Assembly: GCA_973895155.1 (NCBI GenBank)
Contig: OZ316897.1
Location: 6,399,327 to 6,463,326 of the forward strand
From: Marsupella aquatica
Lineage: Eukaryota; Plantae; Marchantiophyta
Length of the DNA: 64,000 nt
Direction: 5' to 3'
The position numbers were made by a program, and so were the translations under genes. The notes under the pieces were generated by a model that worked only from the letters and a program-made list of their open reading frames with translations, had not been told where the DNA came from and made no database searches. Of this stretch, positions 1-14,175 are shown piece by piece. The stretch's first letter is position 1; each line of letters opens with the position of its first letter.

Positions 1-23
1 GGTGCATGATTATGTGCACTTAC

Positions 24-258
24 ATGACACAGTTAAGATGGTGTTTAGAGAACAAGTTTCAGATGACAGAAGTGCCCAGGATAATAAAACCCAATAACAC
101 TTTATGACACAGTTAAGATGGGTTTTACCAAAGAATCTCCAGATGACAGAAGTGCCCAGGTTAATATTCCAATAACTCTTTAATGACACAGTTCAGATGG
201 GGTTTACAGAAGAAATTCCAGATGACAGAAGTGCGCAGGTTTATGAAAACCCAACAAC
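24..258. repeat. Tandem repeat, 3 degenerate copies of ~79-80 bp, inside a CFAP61 intron
   Basis: ATGACACAGTT(A/C)AGATGG...CAGATGACAGAAGTGC(C/G)CAGG recurs at 24, 104 and 183. Confidence 0.85.
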
Positions 259-938
259 ATAGAATCTGCTAGAGAATCTAGATGTCATTTACAGGGATTG
301 ATAAACGGTATTCTCGCATCACCAAACAAAGTAGGAATTCTGTCCAATTGGGGTTTACGAATGTTCCAAGTAAAATGAGTTCATGGAGATGGATCGTTAG
401 TGCCTTAGCAATAATTCCTCTTAACTGAAGTAACGAGTCAACGAGAATTTGAGTATATTTGCTCCCAACGATGAGGAATTCGCTATTTCCTTGTAATTTG
501 CAGAAATCATCCCTAAGAGACCCAGGCAACTGTCCTGACAGTCTTGCATTGACAGCTTTGAATTCCAGCCTGGTATGCACTCAGTCAAGAAGGGTGCCTG
601 CACTTTTGGTCACCTCACTAATGGTAGAGCGGTAAGACAAGTACACAAAAAGGTGAGTACCATCCTTCAATGAACCAGATGGGTTCTTCATAATCCCTAG
701 TCACAGAATTCACCTATGAAGCTAAAGCTGACAACACCACTACGAGTTAGTGTGGTGTGGAAATGGCCTTAAGAAAGGTGCCCTCAAAGTCTTGGGGCTC
801 ACACTGGGTTGCATAACCTCTCCATGGGATCTTGAGTAGCATGAAATAATTAGTGATCTCATTCTTCTGGTAGCTCAACTAGTAGGTGTTAACAAGTCGG
901 AAGACATGTTTTAGAGGAGGTTATGACAATAAGTGTAC

Positions 939-3900
939 CTTATGAATGGCCCGGAAAAGGGGGAGATCAACTTGTTGTTTGTTGCCTGTCACGAGCGTCG
1001 AGCAAGGGACTTTCAGTTTTCTTTCAGGTCTCTCCGACTTATCCATCACATGGATACTTTTGAGAACCTCTCTATGGTCTACCATGGGTACCTTGTGGAT
1101 AGGACACTTGGGATGTTCCAGCAATTCTTCCAGTGCTTCCACAGGTTGTAAGGCCTTGGCAGCCAACTTCTCCAGAGATGTAGGAACCAAGCTCATTCCA
1201 TCTAGGTTTTCATCAGGGACAAGATCCTGAAACTCCAGGGCATTGATCCAACCAGTAGTTGCGTCCATCTCTGCATGTATCAACTTCATGCCAGACTGGA
1301 TAGATATACCCGCCTGAATCAATGTTGCCAAAATCATCTGAGAAGTCTCCGTATCTCCCAAACACTTAGTGACTGATGTTTGTATACTTACAGTTTCAGG
1401 GTGCACTAGTAGCAGATTCTTCCCTTCCAATCCTTCCTTCAGAAGAGCTTGAATGGCACCGAACGCACTCAGTGTTGCCCCATATACGACAACAGGACAA
1501 ATGCTATCTGCCTTACCAGCAGCAGAGGCTATAGCTCTTTTCACAATCTCAGGAGCGTTCAAAAGAAGTTCATCGATCTTGACAACCCCTCCTTCAAGTT
1601 TACACATCATGGATTCCTGGAGACTTTGCTTTGTCTGATCTTGTAAACCAGAACTCAACACGAGCCAATCATAAGGGAGATCCTTACCAGTTGAGAGGTG
1701 GACAGTACGGCCTTTTCGGTTGATGTCTTTCACCATAGCCTCGATAATTTTAATCTGACAGTCTAAACCTAGCTTTGGAAAGGAGTACTTAGGACCTAAG
1801 TCTGCAACAAGAGAGTTCAAAGAGGTGGATGAGAGATCCTGGAAGCCGACTCCAGACACCATCATTAGATTCGTGAACTGCAATTCATGGGATGCAAGGA
1901 GCTTATGGAGGAAACCTGCTGTTGTAGTTGAGGAACCCACAACAACGACGCGGGCATTTATGACTGTTTTGTACCGGTACAAGTTCCTGCGGGTTATAAC
2001 ATATAGTGCACAATCAAATCCATGATAATAACCCCGTCGTCTCTGAGGAATAGCTGACGTAAATTCTGCTTCTTCTCTTGGACTATCCATAGTATTACTG
2101 TGGTGATCATCTTCAATAGAGAGGAGGTTATCTAGATTATCTCCGGTTGGGTCACTCTTTCCTTCTCTAATCGCTGTGACTTCTTTGTTTTCAGGTTTAG
2201 GCATATCCTTTGTACTCTCAGCTTCAGTTTCCTTTCTTGGACCAGGGCTGGCAGCAGGAATGTCTTCGTGAGTCTTCTTCTGGACACCAGATTCACCGTT
2301 GTTTTCTTGGTCAGATTTAATAGTAGAGTTGTCATGTCCTTTTGCAATCTCAATCCCTTCTGCTATAGAACTTTCAGGCGAACCACCTTGTTGTTTCATG
2401 TCATTTTTCTGGGATTCGAAGGTAACAAAATCTTTCTCATGGTCTTCAGCATTGTGATGGGCAGTCATTTTGTCACCTGCTTCAGGAACACCTTTTATAT
2501 CGTCCGCCTTACGGATACTGACTTCTTCATTGGCGATAGACACATTTTCGATCTTCGTTTGTTCCTTGGAGGAGAAGCCCTGTCTAACCCCCTCTGCGGC
2601 AGTTGCAACGATATTCTGATTGTCATCTTTCTTAACATGTCCACGCAGAGGCTTCTGGCTGTCAATGGAGGAAAACGTTTTCCCAATTTCGGATTTTTTT
2701 TGTGGTGTACTTGCTGTAGTGGCAGTTTTACTAGAGCTACTTTCTGCTGAAATATTTTCCCCTTCTTCATCGTCCTCAGGAGGGGGTACCGTCCAGTAAC
2801 AAGGAGGTGCCATGTGCGCATGTTGTCTTCCTGGAAGGAGGATCAGATCCTCAAGGATATCTGGCAGTTCCATGAGTGGAAAGACAGGATAATAGATGAT
2901 ACTTTTTCCGGTTTGACGCATAATCTCTTGTAGGAAGAGTCGACTTCGATAACGATATACCGGGTTAAGAACATGGAGAAGTATGGTAGCATGGTTCTGA
3001 AATGGATGGTGCTCCAAATGTATGAGCGATCGCAGATCAAAATGACTGGCGATTTCCGCAACAGGAGCAATGTTGTCAAGTATGGCGAACCCAACTATTT
3101 GATTACTTAGGACAAGAACCATGTTTAGCCCTGCAAAGCAACCCATACAGCAGCATGTTGTCATAAGAACTTTAGAAGGAAAGCAGAAAATTACCTCTGT
3201 ACTTGATATTACTGACTTGTTCTAACCTAGAGTCACAACTATCCCAACAACAGATATCCAACTAGTAATAGATATAGCCTGTTCAACAGACGGGAGATTG
3301 AGTAGCGGGCTGAAATAAAGAAACCATCTCTAGCAGTATGAAAGCTTGCAGTGTCTAGTACTTGCATTTTCCACAAATCACGCTGAAACCTTACTTTCTG
3401 CTGGTGGACTGAAAGCAATGTCCAAAAGTATGTCCTTGTCTACAAAATTGTCCACTAAATCGGCCAGCGAATCCTTGTCGTCTGGTTTAAGGGACCTGAC
3501 TGCAAATCCCTGTCAGATCAACCCATGGAGTTGGTATACGACACATGGACGTATAGTGTATAAGTCCAAAGTTATATCATGAGAATCTGTTCAGGAGGAA
3601 GCCTTACCGGAGATAGGGCATCAACGTGAAGTAGATATAAACAACGAGTGTCAGCTGAGAGCTCCTCGTCTTGGTTAGAAGCATTTAGCCTTGCTGGAAC
3701 ACGATAGAAGAAATGAAGAAGAGGATGATATGTTGAAACATATGGCAGAGTCACCAAACAAAACTCCTTATTCAATTTCTGCATCCATATTTTAGAGAAT
3801 TAAAATAAAAGAGGCATGCATCTCAAGGATGGTTTTAGAATTCTGCAGGCAATGACATATCTCAAACTACAGAATCGACCCGAATTCTCAAAGGCGTAGC

Positions 3901-6900
3901 TACATCGTGAGCCAAAAGCAGACCTTGAGTGAGCATCCAGTGTCCAACATTGCAGTCTACCCGGCCTGCCTCAATTTTAGTTCCATTTAAACCCTTCCTA
4001 CGACACCTATATTCTGCTCTTAGTCCTGCACACATATTTTCCCCCGTGCTAATGAAATCTTACAATTTGAGTTTGAAAAACCCAAAATCCTTCACAAACA
4101 TCAATGCCACATTTGTCGAATTTTACAATTGTTGGATTCCCTCATCTGCGTGTGACATTCAAGTCTCATTGGAACATTGGATGATTTTTTAGTCCGGTTG
4201 AATTTAGCTCGTCACATAATGTGCAAAAGTAAATTGGAAGCTATTGAAGTCTAAAGCTTATCCTACCGATCATCAAGATAGGAAAACATCCTCATGCGTC
4301 AAAGATGGCAAATTTGATAGGTACTATGCTACATGCTGGGCACCAATTACCATGGCTAGGCATAGATCAAGACAGACAACGAAGTCCAACTAACTGAAAA
4401 ACAATTGACAAATTCTTTGTGGTCACGAATTGCATCTTAAGTCATATATTGTGACACTCGTGGCCGTTTTCGGGGAACGAAGCTGAAGGATTGAAGTGTA
4501 CTGAGAAAGCAAAATCAATGACGTCAATGGCCCGGTTCTCGTACTCCACGTCCATGCACAGCATAGTGATGCGAAAAGCATTTTCCGGCCATCGAATAAA
4601 TGTCTCAGTTGTAGGTTTTGCAGGCTCTTCTTCTTTCACTTCAGGCACTCCTGAAACGAATAACAATAGAATTTACAATTTCAGATTTTGGGCCTCATGC
4701 ACGTTAAGGCCATGTACCCGAAAATTGCATAATCAGTTGTCGCAGCATGTGACGAGCATGATGTTTTTGATGAAGATCTAGTGTTGCTAATCTGCGAAAA
4801 AAACGTAACAATCATAACTCACCACAAAAGTCTCAGCTCTGGTTGTATAGGATTTCATCATTGAAGTTCAATTGGTGAAGGGCATTTGATGAAAACATTT
4901 GCAGCTTCTCCCAATGACAGTCACAGGAAATAGAGATGCTTCACAATTAAATGAGGCTGAGACAGCTTAGATTTGTACTTCTGACTTTAATGTATCTATT
5001 GGTTACCTTCATCTGTTTCAGAAATTGCAGGAGCAAATGGATCGAATGCGAATGGATCCACTTCCTGTTCCGCGACCACTGAAAGTTTGCGCACAATTGT
5101 CTGCCAATGCCATTCAAATAATTATCAGCTCACCAATTTCAAATTGTAAATTGCAGTTATCGTTGAAATAGTTGATACGAAGCATGCCTCGAGAGAGTAG
5201 TTAAAAGTAACAATATCCTGTAATTTGAGGTTTCTCGGATCTTATGCTCCCAACTAGGAAATCTAAACAAAATTAAAGGCTATCAGCCGACTCACATCAA
5301 CGTATCAAGCAGGGAAGAAGATAACCATGAAAATGGTAATCGTTCCCCACGCTTTGTTTACATCTTCAAGCCACTGAATTCTGAATACATGCCCATGTGC
5401 TTTACACCTTAACTACTGGAACGTTTACGCTTGACAAGGAATGCCCCATGTCCTTAAAGGGATTACCTTTGGCATCAAGCCCTCAAAGCAGTCAAGATCG
5501 TAATTCTCATGAAGAGATGGAAGGTGCACATCAGATGTGAGGGCTATCGCACCCATGATTCTGTCCTTCACCTGAATCCCACCTGCCCAACACCTTTAGC
5601 TTTAGCATCATATTTCTAGCATAAGGAACTTCAAAACTCTGCACCAAAGGTCTGTGAATGTCTATTAAAATTGTCAACCTTGGCGTCATTGTAGAGAAGC
5701 CACAATCGTCTGACAGAAAAAACCAGAAAGCGACACCTGTCGGTTGGAAGTGCAGAATCTAAACCTGGGCGACAAAAACATTGTTTTTCTTATTTTGCGC
5801 AGCAATCAAGCGAGCCACAGCATATGGTTTTGATGGACAGGCTGATTCGGGAACTTGGGTTAGAGGTAACCCTCGTTGTTGTGCATGTTCAATGACAGGG
5901 GTCAAATCATCCTGGTCTTCCTCCCTTGCTCGCCTCATGAAAAGCTTAGGAAATATAAAACTGTAGACAGGCAGCGACATTGAACAAATATATACACGAG
6001 AAATATTAGTCCAGTACTAACAAATGTTTCAGAAGACTCCTCAATAGAGACACTGCACAGTGTCGAGGTCGCTGAATGAATGGAGGGACTTCTCTCCACA
6101 CTAGGGATCTATCACTTTCCCAAATGAGCTGTGAGGAAGCGGGTAAAAATGTTGCCATATCACTTAATGGATTTGACGCACAGACTCTAGCGGGGGAAAA
6201 ACGTTTATTCCTACCCTCGTAGAAACAAAGTAACAATTTATTTTCACAACAATGTACGATGCTTGGTGCATGAGCTTGCTGGCAAAAACAAAGTACCAAG
6301 CCATTCAGAGAAGGAAATGACAGACCTCCGTCTGCAAGCACAGACTGAAAGCGTGAAATCTTGTTTCTGATAACAAGCTATAGGCTTCAAGAAGCTCGTG
6401 AGACATCCAAACTCAAACGAGCCTGCATTAATACAAAACGGCATTGAAGGAAAAATCATGTAACGTTACGGCGTTTGTTGATTTACAGAGAAAGCGAACA
6501 AACGGAAATTCACAAAACTTTAAGCTACGTAATGAAAGAATACCGCAGAGGTCTTTTTTTAATGGTTGAGCCAAATCCTTACTAATTCAATCCCCAAACC
6601 CTAAGTGAAATCAAAAGATTATTGTGAAGGCACTTTGTTCCCAATCTTGTTTCCAGGGTATCTAAGGCACAAGATCTATGCCCAGCTCTTTAAGAGATGT
6701 CCAGCGGAGTAAAACATATGGGCACCTTACTTGTTTGAAGAATGACCATAGTGTCGTGTGAGAGAACTAGTGCAGCTGACAGCATGGTTTTATGGAGAGT
6801 TTGCTCTTGTTCACTACCAACAGGCGCCACATTCGTACATAATGCCGTCCACAGTAACATCTCCCTCTGCAAATATGAACAGCTCAATTGTTGAGATTTC

Positions 6901-9162
6901 AGCATGTGAGTTCTGATGAATCAAAACTGCGGGAAGAGCATCTAAGGTAATTCTAGTAACTGGATTTTCTTTCTAATCTTTATGGGTTTGGCACAGTACT
7001 TTGTGCAGTCCATGACATAATTTCGCCAATCTTGTTTGCTGTTTTGCAACTCGATTCCCATGCAATCAGGGATACTGTATGACGAGGGTGATAAAAAATG
7101 TCATTGACGACACTGGTCCTCACCCTTGTCCCGCTGTAAACAACATTCAATGTGACTGCAAAAGATGGCTTCTTTAATGTCTGACAATGACTGCTGGAAA
7201 TGCACTTGAAACTTGTAGAGAGGAAATAATCATGGAGCAAAGTGGAGAAGTTTGTACACGATAACCAAGGTCTAGAGCTGATTGTACTGCCCAGCGTCCT
7301 CCTTTGTCTGACAGATCACGCGGGAATCCTGGAGGAATCGTCGCCATTGGATTGTCATCAAATGCCGCAAAGGCAACCATCTTGTTTTCGGCCGTGAACG
7401 CGACCAACGAGTAGAGGGATATCTCACTGCATCCAGCACAACTCAGCTCATTGTCATACCGAACCATTAGCTACCAGAGACAATCAAAGTATCAAACATT
7501 ATCGTGACAAAAATATGGTCCCTCACTTACCATTTGCGCAGTATGACTCTGACAATGTCAAGGTACCCAAAAGAGTACTATACAGTAGTATGATTAAAAA
7601 AAGTCACGATCCAATCTAACAAGGGAACGAGGCTAAATAGGCTTTGACAACAGACAACTTACATAATCTTCTTGCAAGATGCCTATCACTGCCTGTGACG
7701 ACGACATTTCTCTGTGCGGACAGCTGCAACCCTTTAGGGAAGCCAATTCTTGAAGGCCCCAGGTGGACATGTGGTATTAGTATCCGTGGGTTTCAACACG
7801 GGCTGACGATTTGTCATTGTGTGATAGCACAAATTTTCGTGTGCCTCTTACCTTCAAACGATTATAGCTATGAATCCACTGAAAAATATATATCCAAAGT
7901 CGTTGTATTTACACCTACCAAGGGCCTGCTAGTACTAACTTACCAAATTTTCTACAATCGTAAACCATTTTTCAGTGAAGTGTTCTACAGAGACCCCCCC
8001 CAAACGCATCTATGCATGACTGCGAAATTTAAGATTCTAAGGAAACAAAACATCCACGTACAGGTTGACATATTGTGAAGGAATTCATCTTCCAAGTGCA
8101 TATAGAAACGTACCGTAATTGCACTGGCCTTACAGCGGTACTTACAACGGAAAAGAACAAACTGCTAATGAGACGTTTTGTCGGCAGTTTCCACTATTCC
8201 AATGGCTCAATGTTAATGGGCTGCTCAAATTGTACTGAAGCTCTACAAAGCTAGGATAATCTCGCTGTGATAGATCCTCTAGTTCTGGTCTGGAAGACGA
8301 AAACCTCTCCGAGATCAATACAGCATTACGGCCTTATGAACTGGAAACATTGACTGTTGTAATAATTAATCTTATTACAGTAATATCTCTTTCAAAACCA
8401 TCCCCCTTCACATGGGCAGGCACCATCATCATCAATGACGCAATTCAGGGTTAATCGTAGGGTCAGCTTAGTTTTTTAACAGCTCCTCTACCGCAGTTTA
8501 AGGTTTAGGGTCAGATTGACCGTGAAAGCCAGATTGACCTTGAAATTCCTGAAGTTTCATGGGTGGATGACTTGGAAGGCATGAAAACCTGGAAACAGGA
8601 TCCAACTGCCTCTGGCTGTCGAAGAAACACAGGAGAATTCCACGAGATTCTTAGAAGAGGGCTGCTCTAGCGCTTCTACCTGCACTACGGTGATTGCGCC
8701 GCGTGGCTGGGGTTGTTCAATTATTCCCCTGGCTACCTGTCGTTCAGCCAATGATGCCGAAACCAAGAGATATGGCTTTGAAGAGATTAGGCTAATTTAA
8801 ATGGTCATCAATCTTCTACCTCCCCTGTCAGAACGCTCGAAATTCTGTGCAATTCGGAAGCTTGGATTAGATTGCTTTACAAATACTACTGCGGAGATCT
8901 GTTTCATCAATGGGGTCGCCGTGATTAGAAGAAATGTTTTCATTAGCCTCTGAGAGGTATTGTCTCTTCGTGTGACTAGTTGCGGTACTAGACATGGGAA
9001 TTGACACGGCAGGAGTTCTGAAGAAATGACACACCACATTTTTGGTACGTCGATTTTCCCGAAGAGCTTCTCCAATGCAGGAATTTTTGGGTGTAGCATG
9101 GCCTGCACCATTTCAATATCCTCGTCTTTCGTCATCCTTACAGTATATCCGTCGAAATTCAT
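939..9162 (-). CDS. CFAP61: Cilia- and flagella-associated protein 61; 5' part, gene continues beyond the left edge
   Basis: Frame-consistent GT-AG exons read manually: 9162-9035, 7426-7258, 6866-6731, 6422-6326, 5960-5765, 5571-5467, 5100-5007, 4650-4502, 3778-3608, 3509-3395, 3130-939. CFAP61-like motifs: AFAAFDDNP, PKLFMRRAREEDQDDL, NAFRITMLC, FCLVTLP, LNPVYRYRSRLFLQEIMRQ, INARVVVVGSS..FL..L (FAD/NAD-binding-like) and LPYDWLVLSSGLQ. Confidence 0.88.
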
Positions 9163-10259
9163 CTTCGATGTTTTTCAGCACACAAGAAGTGAACTCAGAA
9201 TGACAAGATTTTGTCAGAGTTTCCGGTTGAGTGGATCAGGTTTTGCAATTGCGGACACAATGATTGATGATGGTAGCAATATTGATCGATGTGGTGACAT
9301 CACCCCCAGTCGTACCACCATTGCAACAAATTGCTCTAGTTGAAAACCCTATTTCATCTGGAAGTAACTATCGGACCGTCGCAACCCACTTACTCATCAG
9401 AACCTCAATGGCAATTGGGCCAATTGTTCAAATCATCGAACATTATAATGTTAAGGAAGAGCAGTGAGTGCTAGACACGCTGCGGATAACCGATTCCTCC
9501 TGTGTGGCATTCTCTTGCTTATGCCTTGCAAAACTTCCATGAATAGGTTTGGTCTGTCATTTTCTGTAGGTTTTGGGCCCTCTGGCAGTTTACAGTAGCA
9601 ACCACTCTCACATCATAGCATCTTCCAACAATCAGCACCAAATATTCACCTGGTTCACAAGAAGCGCAAGGTCCCAAATGAGGTTCACCTGCAGGAACTG
9701 TCCAATCTACCAAGAGAACCTACTAGAGAGAATCCTAAATGGAGGGAAAGTAGGCGAGTTCCACTTTAGTTTCAGAGGTGCAGTTTTTCCTTACAGGTAA
9801 TTGGAGCCAAACTCTAACCCAAGATGTGAGCTGACACTAATACAGAGAAAAAAAATGTGAGATTTTGGAACAAACTTCACTCATCTTCGTTGTTTAGTAC
9901 CCTAAGTGCTAGATCTGAGGGTCGTCCTGAAACTATGAAAGATCTTAAAGGTGTAGATTATATGTGTCAGATATGGATACTACAGACCTCCATTCAACCA
10001 GTGACTCCCCACCTTACCCTACATGGCCAAAGATTCCAAAACCCTGCAGAGGTGACTTAAAAAATGATGAGTTGGGCAGTAGAAGCTATGACATAGAAAT
10101 TTCTAGATTTCTGAAGACAGCAAATTTTCGGTCCTGATTACTAACCATGGGCGTCTTCAGACCTGGCCCTCAAACTGGCTACATATATCATGGTGAAGAT
10201 TGACTTCTCGTCAAAAATATCAATCAAGGAAGAGATATAGAGAGTTTAGTCTAGGGATA

Positions 10260-10385
10260 GTTAATATGGCCAACAGGTTTAGACTTCACTAAGACTCTCT
10301 TGTTTGTTTCCCTATGGACTGGTTAATATGGCCAACAGGTTTAGACTATACTAAGTCTCTCTTAAATGCTTCCCTATGGACTTGG
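10260..10385. repeat. Tandem duplication, ~62 bp x2
   Basis: GTTAATATGGCCAACAGGTTTAGACT...CTAAG.CTCTCTT...TTCCCTATGGACT occurs twice in tandem. Confidence 0.7.
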
Positions 10386-11359
10386 TCTATAGTGAAGTGT
10401 AATGCATGTCTCACATTGTGTCTACTACTAGTGTGTTTATTGGATGTTCTCATTTTCTCCTATATACCACAAGTCCCTTTGGAATTCCACCCCAACCCCA
10501 CCCCGACCCATAGCTATGCCCCATAGTCATAGTAGAGGGGGTTTACTCTAACCATAATGCTTCTCAGGAAAAAAGGTTACCTGTAAGGTTACCGGTGTGT
10601 AACCTTTTTTACTAGGTGCCACAATTTCCATAACCCTGTGCCCAGAAAGTATTGCCTGGTAATCTTATTTCTGGGCAGGTATTAAGTATGATATTAATTG
10701 TTTGGACTGGGGTTATTGTCTGAACCCTGTTCCCACAAAGCTAAAAAAATATTCTGGGTTGTCGCTGGTCAGCATTTCCTCAATTTCTGGTCACAAGGTT
10801 TACAGACTAGTAACCCCCGACCAATGGGTCATTACCCTATACATAAACCCTTATCCAACAGTAGCTTTCCATTTGCTTTAGAGTACTAGATAAAAGAACT
10901 GTAAGAGCTGAGTGGATAAACTGAACTCTCAACTCTCAAAGTGGACAAACCGAAAGTATGGTGAATGAAGCTGCCTCTTGCGATAGCTACAGTAGCAGCA
11001 ATGCCATGCGAGTCTATCCTATGATAAAATAATGGACAGACACGGCCAAAGGCTCAGAGAGACTAACGTGGCACGAAAATGTGAGAACCACATATCCGCA
11101 GGACCTTATCGTCTCAGCTCAGCTCAGGCGACGGAAGAGGAGGCCAGGGGGCACTCCTGTCGATTTCGCTCGTAGGAAGGACGATCAGCCTCCTCTCACT
11201 ACGGCACTGTAGGACGTCTTGGCCTCTCACCTCGATTCTGTCTGCCTCTTTGTTCGTCTCACTTTTGTGGAGCAGCAACATCGGCCTGCTGCTCGTGTGA
11301 TACTAGTATTGGTGTTTCTAGGGCAGGAGACTCGTAGAGGCTTGCGAGAATTGGGAGAA

Positions 11360-13028
11360 ATGGCGGCTTCGTGCGTTTCGGTGTCGTTGAGCACCAGGGG
11401 AGTTTTTGCTGCCGGAGTTGTTAGAGATAGTGCCGTCGCTGGAGGGAGGCAAACCGGGCGAGTTGCTCTGGCCGTTCCGTCGGTGAGCGGTGCGACCGTG
11501 GCTCTTACTGTGGCTGGTTTCGCTGGTTTGTCTTTTGGGAGTGGCAGGACCGGGAGGAATGCTGCCATCGCTGCTAGGGCGGCTGATTTGGAGGAAGGGC
11601 TAGATGAGTTGGATGTTTTTGATTCCTCACCTCCGCCTCCATCCCCTCCCGTGCAAGGCACGAAGCTGTACGTCGGTAACTTACCGTGGGGCGTTCACAG
11701 CAAGCAGCTCGCCGAGGTTTTCCAGGATGTCGGAAATGTCGAACTCGTCGAGGCAAGTTGTTAGAATTTTCGCAGCTGTTCTTTGCTGTTGTGTGTCTTC
11801 GTTGTTCAATGTTGGTTGGTTCAGGCATAGCCTAGAAGTTTAGATTTAGTTGTGCTCTGATGATGGTCACTCTTCCCCTGGTCGTCGAATCTATCTGTTT
11901 GTGAGCTCCGTTAAGAGGCGGAGCATACTGGGACGTCAATACCAGTTGTCGTTCATACTTGTCGTTGGTCCGTGTATGGCTAGCATGCTGTCTGAAGTCC
12001 TCCAGTGACCTCTTCCTTTGCCTTGTGTTACTCCGCAAGCATTTCGAGTGTACCATATTTCCCCAAACCAGCTGACTGGGATTCTATGGTATGTTCTGCA
12101 GGTTATCTATGACAGAGAGACCCAGAAAAGTCGAGGGTTTGCGTTTGTCACGATGAGCACTGTGGAGGATGCCGAAAGAGCCATCGAGATGCTTGATAAA
12201 CTTGTGAGTCATATCGTTTCCGAGACGTCGCTTGTCTACGAGGGATCTGGGTTAGTTTTTTCCATCTTTTGTTCCGTCTTGCGTTGTGTTATGTGCACTA
12301 AATTGTCTAGGTTAATCGTTGCAGGAGTTGGACGGGAGGACTATCAAGGTGAACTTTCCACAACAGAGGGATGGTCCCCGGACGAGAGAAGTCCGCGACT
12401 ATAACAGCAGGCCTCCTCGCCGAGAGGGTGGTTATGGAAACTACGGCTCCGAGAATAAACTTTTTGTTGGAAACCTGTCGTGGTCCGTCGATGATGTAAG
12501 TTTGGATACTCTCTTCCAAGAGTTTGGAAAGGTTCTGGAGGCTAAGGTGGTGTACGACCGTGAAACTGGTCGCTCGAAGGGCTTCGGTTTCGTCACACTG
12601 TCTTCGTCAGCTGAAGTCAATCACGCTATTTCTAACCTCGATGGGAAGGTAAGCAGTTAATGTTTTTCCTGGTTAATGCCGAAATATTTATTCATCTCTT
12701 GAATCTGTGTTCTACTGTGGATCTATCTCGTCAAGCTATACACCCTCTTTGGATCTGGAATATTAACTTCTATCTTTGCTCTGTCTCTAATGCTTTGGAG
12801 AACTCACTGGGCTATTTACTATCTTAGCGTTCGTACGCAATCATCTGCTTAACTCGCTCCGCTGCGTTTAGAATCCACTCTTTTTGATTACTTGATTATG
12901 TACTTCGTTGATACTCACTTTCTATGAATTTAACGGTTGTGCAGGAGTTCGATAAGAGACTTCTGCGAGTGAACCTAGCCGGCGACAAGCCACCACCAAG
13001 GGAAAACCGTTATGAGGAGAAATATTAA
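11360..13028 (+). CDS. Chloroplast ribonucleoprotein (cpRNP, CP29/CP31/CP33 family), two RRM domains, ~300 aa
   Basis: Exons 11360-11752, 12102-12203, 12325-12648, 12945-13028 (TAA). Ala/Ser/Val-rich transit-peptide-like N-terminus and an acidic linker. RNP2 motifs KLYVGNLP and KLFVGNLSW; RNP1 motifs RGFAFVTM and KGFGFVTL. Intron 1 has a GC donor. Confidence 0.93.
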
Positions 13029-13995
13029 GTGATGATCTTGGAGCGTCTGTAGAGCAAACTAGATACTAGTTGGTTCCACTTTTTTTGTCAGAACTTCGCG
13101 TTCGTTCGTAAACATAGAATGAGTTTGCAACGACATTTAGAGCGAAAAATTCATGGACAGCGAGAACGACGTCTTCAAACGTTCTGGGTCTCATAGACAA
13201 CCATCTTAGGTCTTTTATTTACTTGAATGTCTTATTTCTTAAATGATGTCATGGCCTTGTCACTTTGGCTTTTACCGAACAACTTGTCCATATCCTCGAG
13301 CTCTAGAATGTCGTTCATTGTAGATTTTGATGATGAATATTCCTTGTTGTGGAATTTGTCGACTTAATTCTGTTCGGATTCTCCTTGTCATGGTGCTTTG
13401 AGTCGAACACGTTTTTATTACTTATCATATCTTCCGGCGAATGCTAGTGTTGGCCTTTTCGTTCATCCGCGGGAAAATTTGACGCTCTAATTAGTCCGGT
13501 CAACTTTACCTCGATGCATTTTTAAAGTTCTGCACTGTCCTACCTGCGGGCAAGGAAGCTTGGAAGGTTTGTTTGTTGCTTCTTATGATCTTACCCACCC
13601 ACATTCATGGGTTTTCGTATACCTCAAGATTAACGAGGACGGGTTATAAGTTTGTCCGCTGAGTTTAGTTATATTTTGGTATGAGTTGCGAGCCATTAGT
13701 CTTAGTTACATCGAATTTGAGTGCATTTTGAAGTCAATTAAACCTCTACATGACCTGATTCTCACATCTGTACTTGTCTGTGAAATGTGGGTGTACAAGC
13801 TTGTCCCCACCTCTTTTCAATGTGGGAGACTAACCGATGATTACAAAGAACCATTTAGGATGCTCCAACAAGTGACTACAAGAAATCTTGCTACAAAATG
13901 ATTTTTTATTGACACTTATGTAGGGATTGTCCCCATTCCCGACTTTTCCAAAGTTCATTTATGATTGTTCCCCATTCGCTGCGTCTTCAAACTGC

Positions 13996-14175
13996 GTTCT
14001 TAAGACCTAGGCCCTGAAAGTGAGTACCTATTGCTAACGAGCATAATTAGTGTACTCAAGTCTAGAGTTCTTAAGACCTAGGCCCTGAAAGTGAGTTCCA
14101 GCTAACGAGCATAATTAGCGTACTCAAGTCTAGAGTTCTTAAGACCTAGGCCCTGAAAGTGAGTTCCTATTGCTA
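13996..14175. repeat. Tandem repeat, ~70 bp x2.5
   Basis: GTTCTTAAGACCTAGGCCCTGAAAGTGAGT starts at 13996, 14067 and 14135. Confidence 0.9.
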
